Part shown: positions 1 to 12,600 of the stretch, piece by piece
How the letters are laid out: each line of letters begins with the position of its first letter
How positions within the stretch are numbered: position 1 is the first letter of the stretch
Origin: Elusimicrobiota bacterium
GTDB taxonomy: Bacteria; Elusimicrobiota; Elusimicrobia; UBA1565
DNA: 64,000 nucleotides
Assembly (NCBI GenBank): GCA_016212885.1
Contig: JACRDO010000132.1
Span: forward strand, 28,779 to 92,778
Direction: 5' to 3'
The notes under the pieces: model-generated
What the model was told of the DNA's origin: nothing
The model's database searches: none
The model's input: only the letters and a program-made list of their open reading frames with translations
Position numbers and translations under genes: made by a program

Positions 1-1
1 G

Positions 2-660
2 GCGGCCAAGGCGGCGATGACGACAGCGCGCTACAGCTTGGCCGCGGCCGCGCTCAGCGGCAAGGTCTATGCGGTGGGAGGAATGGGCGGCACGCAGAAG
101 GAGAACGAGGAGTACGACCCGGCCGCCAACACCTGGGCCTCGAAGGCTCTGATGACTACGGCCAGGAACAGCCTGGCCGCGGCCGCGGTCGGAGGCAAGG
201 TGTACGCGGTGGGCGGAACGGGCGGCACCGAAAAAGAGAACGAGGAGTACGACCCGAACGTCAACACCTGGGCGTCGAAGACCGCGATGACCACGGCCCG
301 CTCCGGCCTGGCCGCCGCGGCTGTGGGGGGGAAGATCTACGCGGTTGGAGGCTCCGGGCCCTCGGGAGCCAACGAGGAGTACGACCCCGCAACCAACGGC
401 TGGACATCCAAGACCGCGTTGACCATAGCCCGCTCCGGCTTGGCCGCGGCGGCTGTAGGGGGGAAGATTTACGCGGTTGGAGGGACCAACGGAGTCGTCT
501 TGTCCTCCGCCGCGGAGTATGATCCGGGAAGCAATACCTGGTCCGCGAGAGCTCAGATGCCCACGGCCCGTCAGCAGCTGGCTTTGGCGGCGACGGGAGG
601 CAAGCTGTACGCGCTGGGGGGCATAGGCGGCGCGAACAATGAGAACAAGGAGTACGACCC
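2..660 (+). repeat. Kelch-type beta-propeller repeats (about 5-6 units of ~48 aa) inside the giant CDS
   Basis: Tandem units with the pattern W.SK.(A/L)MTTAR..LAAAAVGGK(I/V)YAVGG....NEEYDP..N.W, visible at both DNA and protein level. Confidence 0.75.
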
Positions 661-3600
661 GGGCTTCTCGCAGAAATTCACCGGGCTGACCCCGAACACG
701 CTCTATACCTTCAAGGCCAGGGGCCGCAACGCGAGCGGGGCCGAAACCCCCGAAACTCCGGCGATCTCGACCTATACCTTGGCGCTGGCGCCCGGAGGGC
801 TCGTGGCCGCGTCCTCTTTCACGAATGTCGCCTCTACCGGGGTGCGGGTGAACTGGTCATCTGGGACCCCTGCGGGCTACAATCCAATCGGGACATTGTA
901 CCGGCTCGAGCTGGCCACGGCCGCGAGCTTCACGACCCTGGCGGGGTCTTCCCAGACCTACAACACCTACGCCGGCCTGACGGGGCTGACCCCAAGCACC
1001 AAGCCTTATTTCGCGCGGGTCGAGGCGATCAGCGGCGCAGGCATTCCCACCTCCTGGCTCAGCCTCGGCTCCCTGTCCTCAGGGACCCTGCAGGTCACGA
1101 TCAGCACTTTCGCCGGGACCGCGGGCAACTCCTACGCCATCGCTTGGGGAGACTACGACAACGACGGCAATCCGGACCTGGCCGTCGCGAACTATGGACT
1201 GAACATCCTGCTCCTGCGCAACAACGGAAACGGGACCTTCGCCCAGTCCACCATCCTTGCCACCGCGGGCAACTATACCGGCATTGCTTGGGGGGACACC
1301 GACAACGACGGCCTCCTGGACCTGGCCGTGGCCGTCAACGTGGGGGATGAATTCATCCTGCACAACGACGGCGGCGGGGCGTTCACCCCCAATACCCTGA
1401 CCGGCTCCGGCGGCAATTCCTACGCCGTCGCCTGGGGAGACTATGACAACGACGGCCGCCTGGACCTCGCGGTGGCCAACGACTTGGCCCAGGACGACTA
1501 TGTGGCGCGCAACAACGGCAACGGGACGTTCGCCATCGTCCCACTGACCCAGACGCTCGGCAATTCGAGGGGCATCGCCTGGGGGGATTACAACAACGAC
1601 GGCTACCTGGACCTGGCCATCGGCAACACGGACAAGGATGTCGTCATCGTGCGCAACAACAACGGCGTCAGCTTCTCGACCTTCGCCGTCACGGGCTCCG
1701 GCTTTGCCAATGGCGGCATAGCCTGGGGGGATTACGACAAGGACGGCTATCTGGACCTGGCCTTCGCGCTCAATACCGGCATCGTGGTCCTGCGCAACAA
1801 CGGCGGAGACGGCACGTTCGCCAAGAACACGATCTCGGCCCCCGGCAGCAACGCCGGCGTCGCCTGGACGGATTACAACGGCGACGGCAGGCTGGACCTG
1901 GCGGTCTCCCGCTCGGGCGGCCAGGCCCAGATCCTCCTGCGCAACGACGGCGGGGTGTCCTTTACGACTGTGACCTTCGCGGGGTCAGCGGGGGGCGCGG
2001 TTCGCGGGTTCTCCCTTGGGAACTTCGATTTGAGCGGGGGCCCGGATATCGCCCTGGCCAACGACGGCGGGAGCGACGAACTGCTGCTGCATAACGACGA
2101 CCAATTGGCCCATGCAGCCCCCGGCGCGCCCTCAGCCGGCTTCTCCGCGACGCTCCAGGAGTACAGTCTCTTTTCCAGCTCCGGAATCCTGGCCTTGAGC
2201 TGGGGCAACGGGACCGACGCGGAGACCTCGACAGCTGCTCTCCGGTACCTCCTCCGCATCGGGACCACGGTCGCCGGCAGCAGCACGACCTGCAAGATCC
2301 CGGCCAAGTTCGGGTTGGACGCGGGCGCAAGCGGCGGGTCCTTCCTCTATAGCACCAGGATATCCTCGGCTGCGGCCGGACTGCGCCTCATCCTGCAGAA
2401 GGAGACTACGGTTTATTGGGCCGTGATGACGCAGGACGGCGAGGGCCTGCGCAGCGCCGAGTCGGCCGAGCAGACGGCCTTTCTCGCCGCGCCTGGGCTT
2501 GTGACGGACCTGCGCGTGAGCGCGATCGTCTCCACGGGCCTTGGGGCGTCTTCCATGACCGTGACCCTGCAGTGGACCGCTCCCGGGGACAACGGCTACT
2601 CCGGGGCCATCACGAACGGCGCCTTCGAGATCCGCTGCTCCACGACAGAGGCCATCCTGAGCACCTCCGCCTACGCAGCTGCACAGGTCGCGGTCTCGCT
2701 GGCCACGTCGGTGGTCCCCGGCGCCCTGCAGACCCACAGCATCCCGTACCTGAACGCCGCGGCGACGCATTACTTCGCGCTCACCATGAAGGACGGCTTC
2801 GGGGCGCGTTCGGCCCTCTCCAACCCGGCGACGGCTCAGAGCTACGTCCTCCGGCTTCCAGCCAGCGCAGGGAACCTCTACGGGCTCGCCTGGGGGGATT
2901 ACGACGGCGACGGCCGGCCGGATATGGCCCTCTCGTACTACGGCGGGAGCGTGGTCCTCATGCATAACGACGGCAGCGGCGCCTTCACTCAGACGACCGT
3001 TCCGGGCACCTCGGGCAGCAATACGGGAGTCGCCTGGGGCGATTTCAACAGCGACGGACGGCTGGACCTCGCGGTGGCCGTGGACGGCTCAGACGAGTAC
3101 GTCCTGCGCAACAACGGCGACGGCACGTTCACCAATGTCCCGGTGACCGGCTCCGGCGGCAGGTCCTACGCGGTCGCCTGGGGGGATTACGACAACGACG
3201 GACTGCTGGACCTCGCGGTGGCCAACGAGACCGCTCAGGACGACCTTATCGCGCGCAACAACGGCAACGGGACCTTCACCCTCGTTCCTTTGACCCAGAC
3301 GATAGGCAACTCGAGGGGCGCGGCTTGGGGCGACTTCAACAACGACGGGTTCCTGGACCTGGCCATCGCCAACACGGATAAAGACGTGGTGCTCGCGCGC
3401 AACCTCGGCAACGGGACGTTCTCTACCGGCACCATCGGGGGCACGGGCGTCTCCACCGCGGCTGCGTGGGGAGACTACAACAACGACAATTATCTGGACC
3501 TGGCCGTGGCCAATTCCGACGGCGTCGCCCTCATGCGCAACAAAGGCGACGGCACGTTCGCCAAAGTCTGGATCGCAGGGACGGCCGGCAACAACGCAGG

Positions 3601-6600
3601 GCTCGCCTGGGCGGACTTCAACAACAACGGCTTCCTGGACCTCCTGGTGTCCCGCCCAGGAGGCTCGGCGCAGCTGCTGCTGCGCAACAACGGCGACGGG
3701 ACGTTTACGCAGACGCTTCTGCCCCTGCCCGGGAGCAACGTCGTCAACGTCTCCTGGGGCGATTTCGACGCTGACGGGGATTTGGACATCGCCGCCGGCA
3801 GCCGCGGCTGGATCGACGCGTTCATCTTCCGCAACGACGCGGCCCTGGCCCATAACGCCCCGGCTGCGCCGGTCTCCGGCTTCTCCGCCACGTTCCAGGA
3901 ATACGCCGCTTTTTCGAGCACAGGCGTGCTGACCCTGAGCTGGGGCGACGCCTCCGATGTGGAGACGCCGACCAGCGCGCTCAATTATCTCGTGCGCGCC
4001 GGCACGGTGGTCTCCGGCAGCAGCGCGACGCTCAAGATTCCCTTCAATTACGGCCTCGACGGCGCAGCGGGCGGGGGCTCCTTCCCCTACGGCACGAGGG
4101 TTTCCGCCCTCCAGCGCGGGCTAAAGTTCGCCGGCTTCAGCAAAGGAGCGACCATCTATTGGGCGGTCGCGGCCGAAGACGGAGAGGCCCTGCGCAGCGG
4201 CGAGTCCGCGGAGCAGACGGCGAATCTCACTCCGCCGGCAAGCGTCAACAACCTCGCGGCCGCGCAGGACGCCGCAGTCGAGACCTCCTCGGTTTCCTGG
4301 GTCAGGCTCACCTGGACGGTCCCGGGGGAGAACGGAACGAGCAATCCGCTTCTGCCCGGGGCCCGCTACGACCTCCGCTGGAGCACCGTCGCTCCCGTGG
4401 CCCTGGAGTCCGACTACAACAGGGCCCCGAACCAGAGCCTCATCCCTGCGGACGGGGAGAGCCCGGGCGCGACGCATACCCAGCTCCTAGCGGTGACTGC
4501 GGGCAAGACCTACTACTTCGCGATGACGACGCTGGACAGCTGCAATTCCCGCTCCGGCCTGTCGAACGCCGCGAACATCCCGATGACCGCCTGGCTCCAG
4601 GAAGTCATCACGGATGCGGCGCCGCCCGCGGCGCTCCAGGGCGACACTACGGCGTTCCTCAAGCTCCGCCTCTGGACCAACTTGGGCTCGCTGAGCTGGA
4701 CCAAGCTCCGCGTGCGCAAACTGGGGACCCTGCCGGACGCCGCGGTCAAGAATGTGGCGATCTACGGCGACGCGAATACCAACGGGATCTTCGACTCCGG
4801 GGACACGGCGGCGCTCTACAGCGGCGTGCCGGCCGTGTTCGCCTCCAGCGCCGTCACCCTGGCGGTCCAGACGGTGGGGCAGACGATCAGCAACTCGACC
4901 CGGACATATTTCCTGACCCTGCAGCTCGAGCCCTCCTATCTGCCGCAGGACGGCTCGACGGCGGCGCTCAAGCTCGACGGCGAGGCCTTCAGCGTCATAG
5001 GCGGCGGAGTGCTGGGGACGGACTTCCCGGGACTGCTGCTCGACGGGATAGACGACCGGGTTCGCGCGAGCGACTCGGCGGTCCTCGACCCCCCCAACCA
5101 GATCACGCTCGACGCCTGGGTTCGCACGACGGATCCCGGCCCCAACCGGTCCATCATCACCCATTCAAACGCCTCAGGCACCGACGGCTACCGGCTCTGG
5201 CTCAACGGCTCGACCTGCGGCGCAGGCGTTCCGACGCTCTTCATCGGCCCGAGCGTCCTCTGCGCCAACCGCGGCGGGAGCCCAGTCTCCATCGCAGACG
5301 ACCGCTGGCACCAGGTTTCGGCCGTGTACAGCATCGCCGGAGGACTCGGACAGCTGATGTTCATCGACGGGGAGATGCTCTCCACGGGGCCGGTGACGGG
5401 ATCGATAAGCGACTCCGCAAGCGAGCTCGGGGTCGGAGGCCCCAACAACTACGCCGGGAATTATCTCAACGGGAAGATCGACGAGGCGCGCATCTCGCAG
5501 ACCGCGCGCTACACGTCGTCCTTCATCCCTTGGCGCCGCAGCGACACGGACTACAACACGGTGCTCCAATACCATTTCGACGCGATGGACGGGACCGGCA
5601 CGGTGGTCACGGACGCCGCGGGGCAGGTGACGGGCATCCTGGACGGACAGGCCCGGGGCTACGGGCGGTCCACGGCGACGGTCGTCGTGGACGCGCAGGA
5701 CATGATGATGTCGAGCGCGACCAGCCTCCTGCCGGACACACTCTACCGGAACGCGGTCAACGTCCCGGTGCTGAAATTGCAGCTTTGGGCGAGTCAGGAC
5801 AACGTCATCATCAACCGCCTCTCGGTCGCGCAGACCGGCACAGGCGCATCCGCCGGAGTGGCGAACCTCCGCCTCTACCGCGACAACGGGGACGGATACT
5901 TTCAGCCCACGCTGGACCAAAGCCTCACGCTCGGGCAGGTCTTCTCCGTGAACAAGGCGACCTTCGACCTCCTAGGCGCCACACCGCCCGCGCCCCAGCA
6001 GGTCTGGTCCTCCACGAAGACCTACTTCGTCGTCTGGGACGTGACCGGCGGCGCGGAGACAGGGAAGAGCCTGGGCCTGGCGATCTCGACCGACGACTTC
6101 GTCCTGGCCGGCGCGACCGACGCCGTTTCGACCGCGGCCTTCCCGCTGCGCGCAAGTACGGTGCCCGTAGTGTCCGCCCGGGTCTACGTGACGCCCGAGA
6201 CCCCGCCGAGCGCTTGGGTCAACGTCTCCTCCCTCGTTTTCATAGGCGACTTCACGCTTGGGAACGTGGACCATTTCTATTATCTATTCGACCAAAACCC
6301 GGGGACCCAAATAAACGGCGGCGGGAGCGAGACGCTCTGGACCATCGGAAAAGCGACGGCTACGGCGACAGCGGACGGCAGCAGCTGGTATTTCCACGTG
6401 CGGGCCTTCGATTATCTGGGCCAGGGCGGGACCCAGACGGACTTCGGGCCGTACTTCGTGGACCGCACGCGGCCGACAGGGGCCTCGTTCGTCCACTTCA
6501 ACTCGACGGGCGGCGCGCTCGGTCAATCCCAGGTCAACGACCTGGCCCAGCCGGTGACGGCCCAGCTCAGCGTGCAGGACTCCGGCGCCGGGCTCAATGT

Positions 6601-9600
6601 CGTCGGCCCGGCCCCGCTCGCCCCCAGCCCCGGGACCGTCTCTCTCTGGCGCCTCGACGACACGAGCGGAGCCGTTTGGAAGGACTCCGGCCCCGCGAGC
6701 ATCAGCCTCTCCAGCGTGGGAGTGGTCTCGCGCGGCGCCGGCCGCTTCGGCTCAGGCGTGCTCCTGGCCGGGAGCGGGGATCTGCGCAGCGCCTCGCCTG
6801 CGGGCCTGCCGACAGGCGCCGTGCCCCGCGCCATAGAGGCTTGGATCAACCCGGTTTCGACCCAGGGGACATTGGGCCTCGTGAGCTGGGGCACCTCGGG
6901 CGCCGGCACGCTCATGCGGTTCTCCATGGTCTCCGGGCAGCTGGCCGCGGACATGGGCGGGATCACGGTTTCCGGAGGTCCCGTGCTCAGCACCGGGGTC
7001 TGGCAGCATGCGGCCTTCAGCTACGACGGCAGCGCCGCGCGCCTCTATCTCAACGGCGCGCTCGCAGCCAGCCAGAGCGTCGGCGCCCTGGCGACGGCGC
7101 TGGGGACGCTTTTTATCGGCGCGACCGAGTCCGGGGGGAGGTTCTGGGGCTCGATCGACGAGGTCCGCATCATGAACAGCGCCCTTGCCGATGGGCAGGT
7201 CTATGACGACTGCACCCGCGGCCACCCGTATTTCGTCGCCTTCTCCTCCTCCGCGGGCAGCTCCTGGCAGGTGGTCGTGGCCACGGGCGCAGGCGCGGGG
7301 GCCCGCGTCGGCTTGGACGGCGCCCATGGCTCGACGGGCCCGCAGACCCTCAAAGTCAAGGGGCTGCCCCTGAACGTCTCGACGAGCTCGGCCGCGGGCG
7401 CCCTCGCGACGAACCAGGTCATTTTCTACCAGACCGACAGGGCGGGGAACACGAATATTCTGGGCCCCTACGGCATCCTCGTGGATACGAACCCCCAGGT
7501 CGCTTATTCGACCCCGATCCTGCCCGGCGACGGCATGTATACCGGCGCCCGGCCATGGTTCGAATGGACCGGGCCGAGCACCGCGATCACGGCCGGCATG
7601 GGGGGCGCCAACGGCCTCGGGGGGAGCTTCTACCTGCAGGTCTCCTCGAACGACCCGACCTTCGCGGACCCCAATATCGTGCTCAGCATTTCGACGCCCG
7701 CCATCATGGGCGACAACACCCTGCCGAAGGTCTATGGGGTCTACCTCTCCACCCACTCGCTGGGCGAGGGAGCCACATACTATTGGCGCATACGCTCGAA
7801 GAGCTTCTTGGACGTCCTGGGCCCCTGGGGCCCCTGGAAGAGCTTCGTCGTGGACGCGAGCACGCCCGCCGCGGCCAACTACCGGATGTACAGCGCGACC
7901 GGCGGCGTGGTCCTGGAGGGCCAATACACGGACCTGATGCTGGGCGTGACGGCGCAGACGACGGTCACAGACAACCTGAGCGGCTTCTCAAAGAGCTTCC
8001 GCTTCGACCCTGCCGCCGGCACCGTGGCCCTGTGGCACTTCAGCGAGCGCGACGGCCTCGCGCCGAAGGACGCCAGCGGCAACAACAACACCGCCGCGCT
8101 CCTGGGCATCAGCGGCGGCCCGCCCGGCTACCGGACATCTCCATTCGGCGCAGGCCTTCGCTGCGGCGGATCCCACGTCTTCCGGACGTCGAACGCGCAG
8201 TTCGACTTCCCCGCGAACAGCAACATGACCTTCGAGGCGTGGGTGAACCCGGACGATGTCTCCGGCATCCAGGCCCTGGGCGGAGTGGGCAGCGTCACTT
8301 TCCCCGGGGGCAACTGGCTGCTGCGCATCAGCGACGGGAGGCTCTTCTTCTCGAACAACACCGGATTCATCAACAGTCCGGCCATGATGTCGGCGGGCGT
8401 CTGGCAGCACATCGCGATGACCCTGCGCGGGGCCAGGGTCGCCTTCTACATCAACGGGGTGCAGGTCGCGGCGGGCCTCTCTGGCTCCGGCGGAAACAGC
8501 GGCGGGCCTTCTGTCCAGCCGTTCACCCTGTGCGCCGCGGTCGACAACGACGGGGTCACCTATCAGTCTCCATATTCCGGCATGATCGACGAGGTCCGCG
8601 TCCTGAACTACGCCGCGGATCCGCTGCAGATCGCGGCCGACTACGCCGCGACCCTGTCGGGCATCTACGCCGTCGAGTACTCCACGACAGCTGGCGCGTC
8701 CTGGATCGTCGTGAGCGCCACGGCCCCTGCCTCCGGCTGGGCCCACCTGGAGCTGGGCGGGTCGGAAGGCAGCGTGGGCCCGGAGGCATGGTCCGTGCGC
8801 AACCTGCAGCTGGTGCACTCCACTTCCGCGGCCATCGGCTACCAGGCGACCAACCAGATACGCTTCAGCGTCCCGGACCGCGCGGGGAACACGCGCCTCA
8901 GCGGGCCCTACGCCGCGATCGTCGATACCACGGTCGCGGCCGCGGTCTCGACGCCCTCCTACCCGGCGAACGGCGCCTTCCTCACCCAGCAGCCCAATTT
9001 CCTCTGGAGCGGGCCGAGCACGAAGACAGCTTCCGGAATGGGCTTGGCGGCCTCCTATTTCCTCGAGGCCGCGGCCGATCCCGCCTTCGCCAGCCCGGTC
9101 ATCTCCATCTCCACGCCCGTGATCATTCAGAGCACCTTCGCGGCCGCGACGTTCGGAGCCTATCTCTCGACTTATACGCTGATGGATGCCACGACGTATT
9201 ATTGGCGGGTCCGCTCGCGCGATTTCCTCGGCCTGCTCTCGCCGCCCCTGAGCGTGTCCAGCTTCGTCACGGACCTGGGGGCGCCCGCGGGCTCCGCCTT
9301 CCGCAGCTTCAATTCGACCGGCGGCGCGACGGCGGAGGACCTCGTCAACAACCTGACCTCGAACGTCACGGCTTACGTCACCTTCCAGGACCCCGGCTCC
9401 GGGCTGAAGGTCTCCCCGGCCGCGGGCGCGATGCCCTTCGGCGTCATCTACTCGACGACCGGGGGCGCAGGCAATTCGGCCTGGGTCGATGGGGGCCGGA
9501 CAGCGGAAGGAGGCCTGCCGGAATCCTGGTGGGACCCCACGGTCGCCACGATCACGGCGCTGGCGACGTTCCAGAGCCGGCTCTACGCGGGCGCGGCGGG

Positions 9601-12600
9601 TCCCGGGAGGACGTTCGAATACGACGGGACCCAGTGGTCTCAGTCCGGAACGTTCCCCAGCGACGTCCTGACTCTGAAGGAGTTCCGGGGCAAGCTTTAC
9701 GCCGGGCTGTCCGGGGGCTCGGTCTACTCGTTCGATGGGATAAGCTGGAACTTGGCCGCGTCTCTTCCGGCGGCCCGGGTCAACGCCTTGGCGGAGCATA
9801 ACGGGCGGCTCTACGCCGCGACCGGAGCCGAGGGCCAGATTTTCGCGTTCGACCCGGACGCCGGCGGCTGGTATGAGGTCTTTCGGGCCACTGAGCCGGA
9901 GTTCTTCTCCCTTAAGTCCTACAATGGGCGGCTCTTCGCGGGAGCGGGCCCGGACATCTACTCCTTCGATGGGAGCACCTGGACCGTGACGAACTGGATC
10001 GGAGGGTCGGCCCGCGCCTTCGAGGTCTACCGGGGCCGCCTCTACGCGGGCACGAACATCTCCGGGTATATCTACGCCTATGACGGCAGCGTCTGGACGC
10101 GTCCCTTGGACATCAGCGAGGATTTCAACCGGGCTCTCGGCGTCTTCGGCGGCCGCCTCTACCTCGGCGCCAGCCTGCCGAGCAACGGCCGGATCTACAT
10201 GTACGACGGCAACACCGGCCCCGGCGGGCTGCTCGTCTATACCCTGCCGACCCCGGCCGACTCGATCTACGCCATCGCCAGCTACGGGAACCGGCTCTAC
10301 CTCGGCGGCACGAGCCCCTCCGGCGCGAAGGTCTACGTCTCCACGCCTCTGGCGGTCAGCCTCACGGGCTTAGACGGCGCCAAAACGCCGGAACAACTCA
10401 AGATCACGGGGCTTAATCCGATCCAGTCCGTCAACGCGAACATCTGCAATGGGAACTGGGCCTGCACGGCCACCAACCAGGTCCGCTTCACGGCTGCGGA
10501 CCAAGCGGGCAACATCGGCCAAGCTGGGCCCTTCGCGATCCTGGTCGATCCGTCGCTTTCGCCTCCCACGGCGCTCTATCCGCCTTCCGGCTCATTCGTC
10601 CGCTCCAGCAGCCCCACGTTCGTATGGGCGGAGTCGAGCGCGATGTCGATCCACAACGTGCAGGTCTCCAGCCAGGCGGCTTTCACGAACCTGAGCCTCG
10701 ACAGCATCGCGAACACGCCCGCCTACACTTCTCCGGTTGCGCTTGCGAACGCCACCACCTATTATTGGCAGGTGCGCAGCCGCAGCCCAAGCGGCATCTA
10801 CTCGGCCTTTTCGGCAGTCAACGCCTTCGTCATGGACCTCAGCCGGCCCACGACCTCGGTGTTCCTCCATTTCGGTTCGACCGGAGGCCCTCTCGCAGAG
10901 AGCCAGTTCGGGAATCTGGCCGCAGGGGTGACGGTCGAGATCACTCTCCAGGATATCGTCTCCGGCTTGGACCGCGGGCCGAGGCGCCAGCCGGTGAGCG
11001 GCGCCGCGGCGCTCTATCCCTTCGACGAGGGCTTCGGCATGTACGCCTCGGGTCTCGGCGGGGAATACCGCCTCGCCTTCAGCTCCGGCGCGTCGTGGGC
11101 TCCAGGCCTCATCAGCTCCGCGGTCTTGACCGGCGGAGCGACCTATCTCTACAACGCCTCTCCAAACTACAACCCGGCCTGGCCCGCGGTCGGCCTGCCG
11201 ATCGCGGGCGGGACGAGGACAATCGAGGCCTGGATCTACCCGCTGGACGGGCAAGGAGGCGGCATACTGCATTACAGCGACTTCCGGCTCCACATCAGCG
11301 GCAGCTGCTCCGGCCCCGTTCCCGGCAACAGCTATCTCTGCGTGAATGCAAGCCAGGGGGCCGCGTATACCTTCACCCCCAGCCAATGGCACCACGTCGC
11401 CTACACCTATGCCGGAGGGACGCATACCCTCTACGCCGACGGAATTTTGCTGGGCTCCTTCCAGCAGATGCTCAATACTCCGGGGGCCGGGCCGATCTTC
11501 GTCGGGACAGCGACCGACTGCGGCGCATTCCGCGGCCGCATCGACGAGCTGCGGATTCTCGCCAAGGCGCTCTCGGCCGCGGAGGTGGACTCGGGCTATC
11601 GGCTTTCGGGCGCCTTCCGCGTGTCCTACTCCTCCGACGGGGGCGCCAACTGGACGGTCGTGACCGCCACGGCGCCGGCCTGGGGCCCGCACCTGGTCTT
11701 GAGCGGCCCGCCGGGGAGCACGGCCCCGCAGACCCTGAGGCTCGAGAACTTCTCGCTGGCGCAATCGACGATCCTGGCGACCGGGGCGTACGGCACGAAC
11801 CAGGTGGTCTTCTCGGTCTCGGACCAGGCAGGCAACGAGGCGACGGCAGGCCCCTTCACTGTCCTGGTGCAGACGTCCGTTCCGCAGCCCATATTGACTT
11901 CCCTGACCCCGCGCTCGACGGAGTCCATCTTCGCGACCGCCATCGCGACCGACCCCCTGAGCGGAGTCATGGAATACCGCTTCGAGGCGTCCCCCAACAA
12001 GACCTTCGCCCCGCCGGTCTCCACCTCTCCATGGGTGGCGGTGTCGACCTATCTTCCCACGGCGCTGCTGGGCTGGGCGTCCGCTTCCTCCTACACCTTC
12101 ACCGGGCTCGCCAGCGCGACGACTTATTACGTCCGCGTCACGGTCCACGACAACTTGTCGAACCTCTCGCCTCCCTCGGATGTGGGGAAAGTGGCGGGTT
12201 TCGCGGTGGACGCCGCCACCTCGACCTACGGGAGCGTGTTCTTCTCCACCAAGAGCGTCGCGCCGGCTTCAGCCCTGCAGAATACCGACGTGGCGATGCT
12301 GAAGTTCATGCTCGCCACGCCCCTCGGCTCCAGCTCACAGTTCTACTCGCTGACCGTGCGCAAGACCGGCACGGCTCCGGATGCGGCGATGCAGAAAGCC
12401 CTCATCGCAATAGACAACAACGGCGACGGGATCTACACCAAGGGCGTGGACGCGGTGCTGGCCGAGGCGCCGTTCACGAACTCGGTGGCGACCCTCAGCC
12501 TGGCCGCGGCCGGCAACTCCGAGAATCTGGGGCCGGCCCTGAAGACGTTCTTCATCGCCTACCGGGTGACGACGGACGCCCAGCCCGGCCTCACCGTGGG

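Noticed and set aside
4159-7206. 1015-aa plus-strand ORF in an alternative frame of the giant gene. The same applies to 7555..9801, 10624..13458 and 14785..16107.
   Set aside because: Composition is extremely Arg/Pro/Gly-rich and no motifs are recognisable. The overlapping frame 17..17077 carries all recognisable domains.
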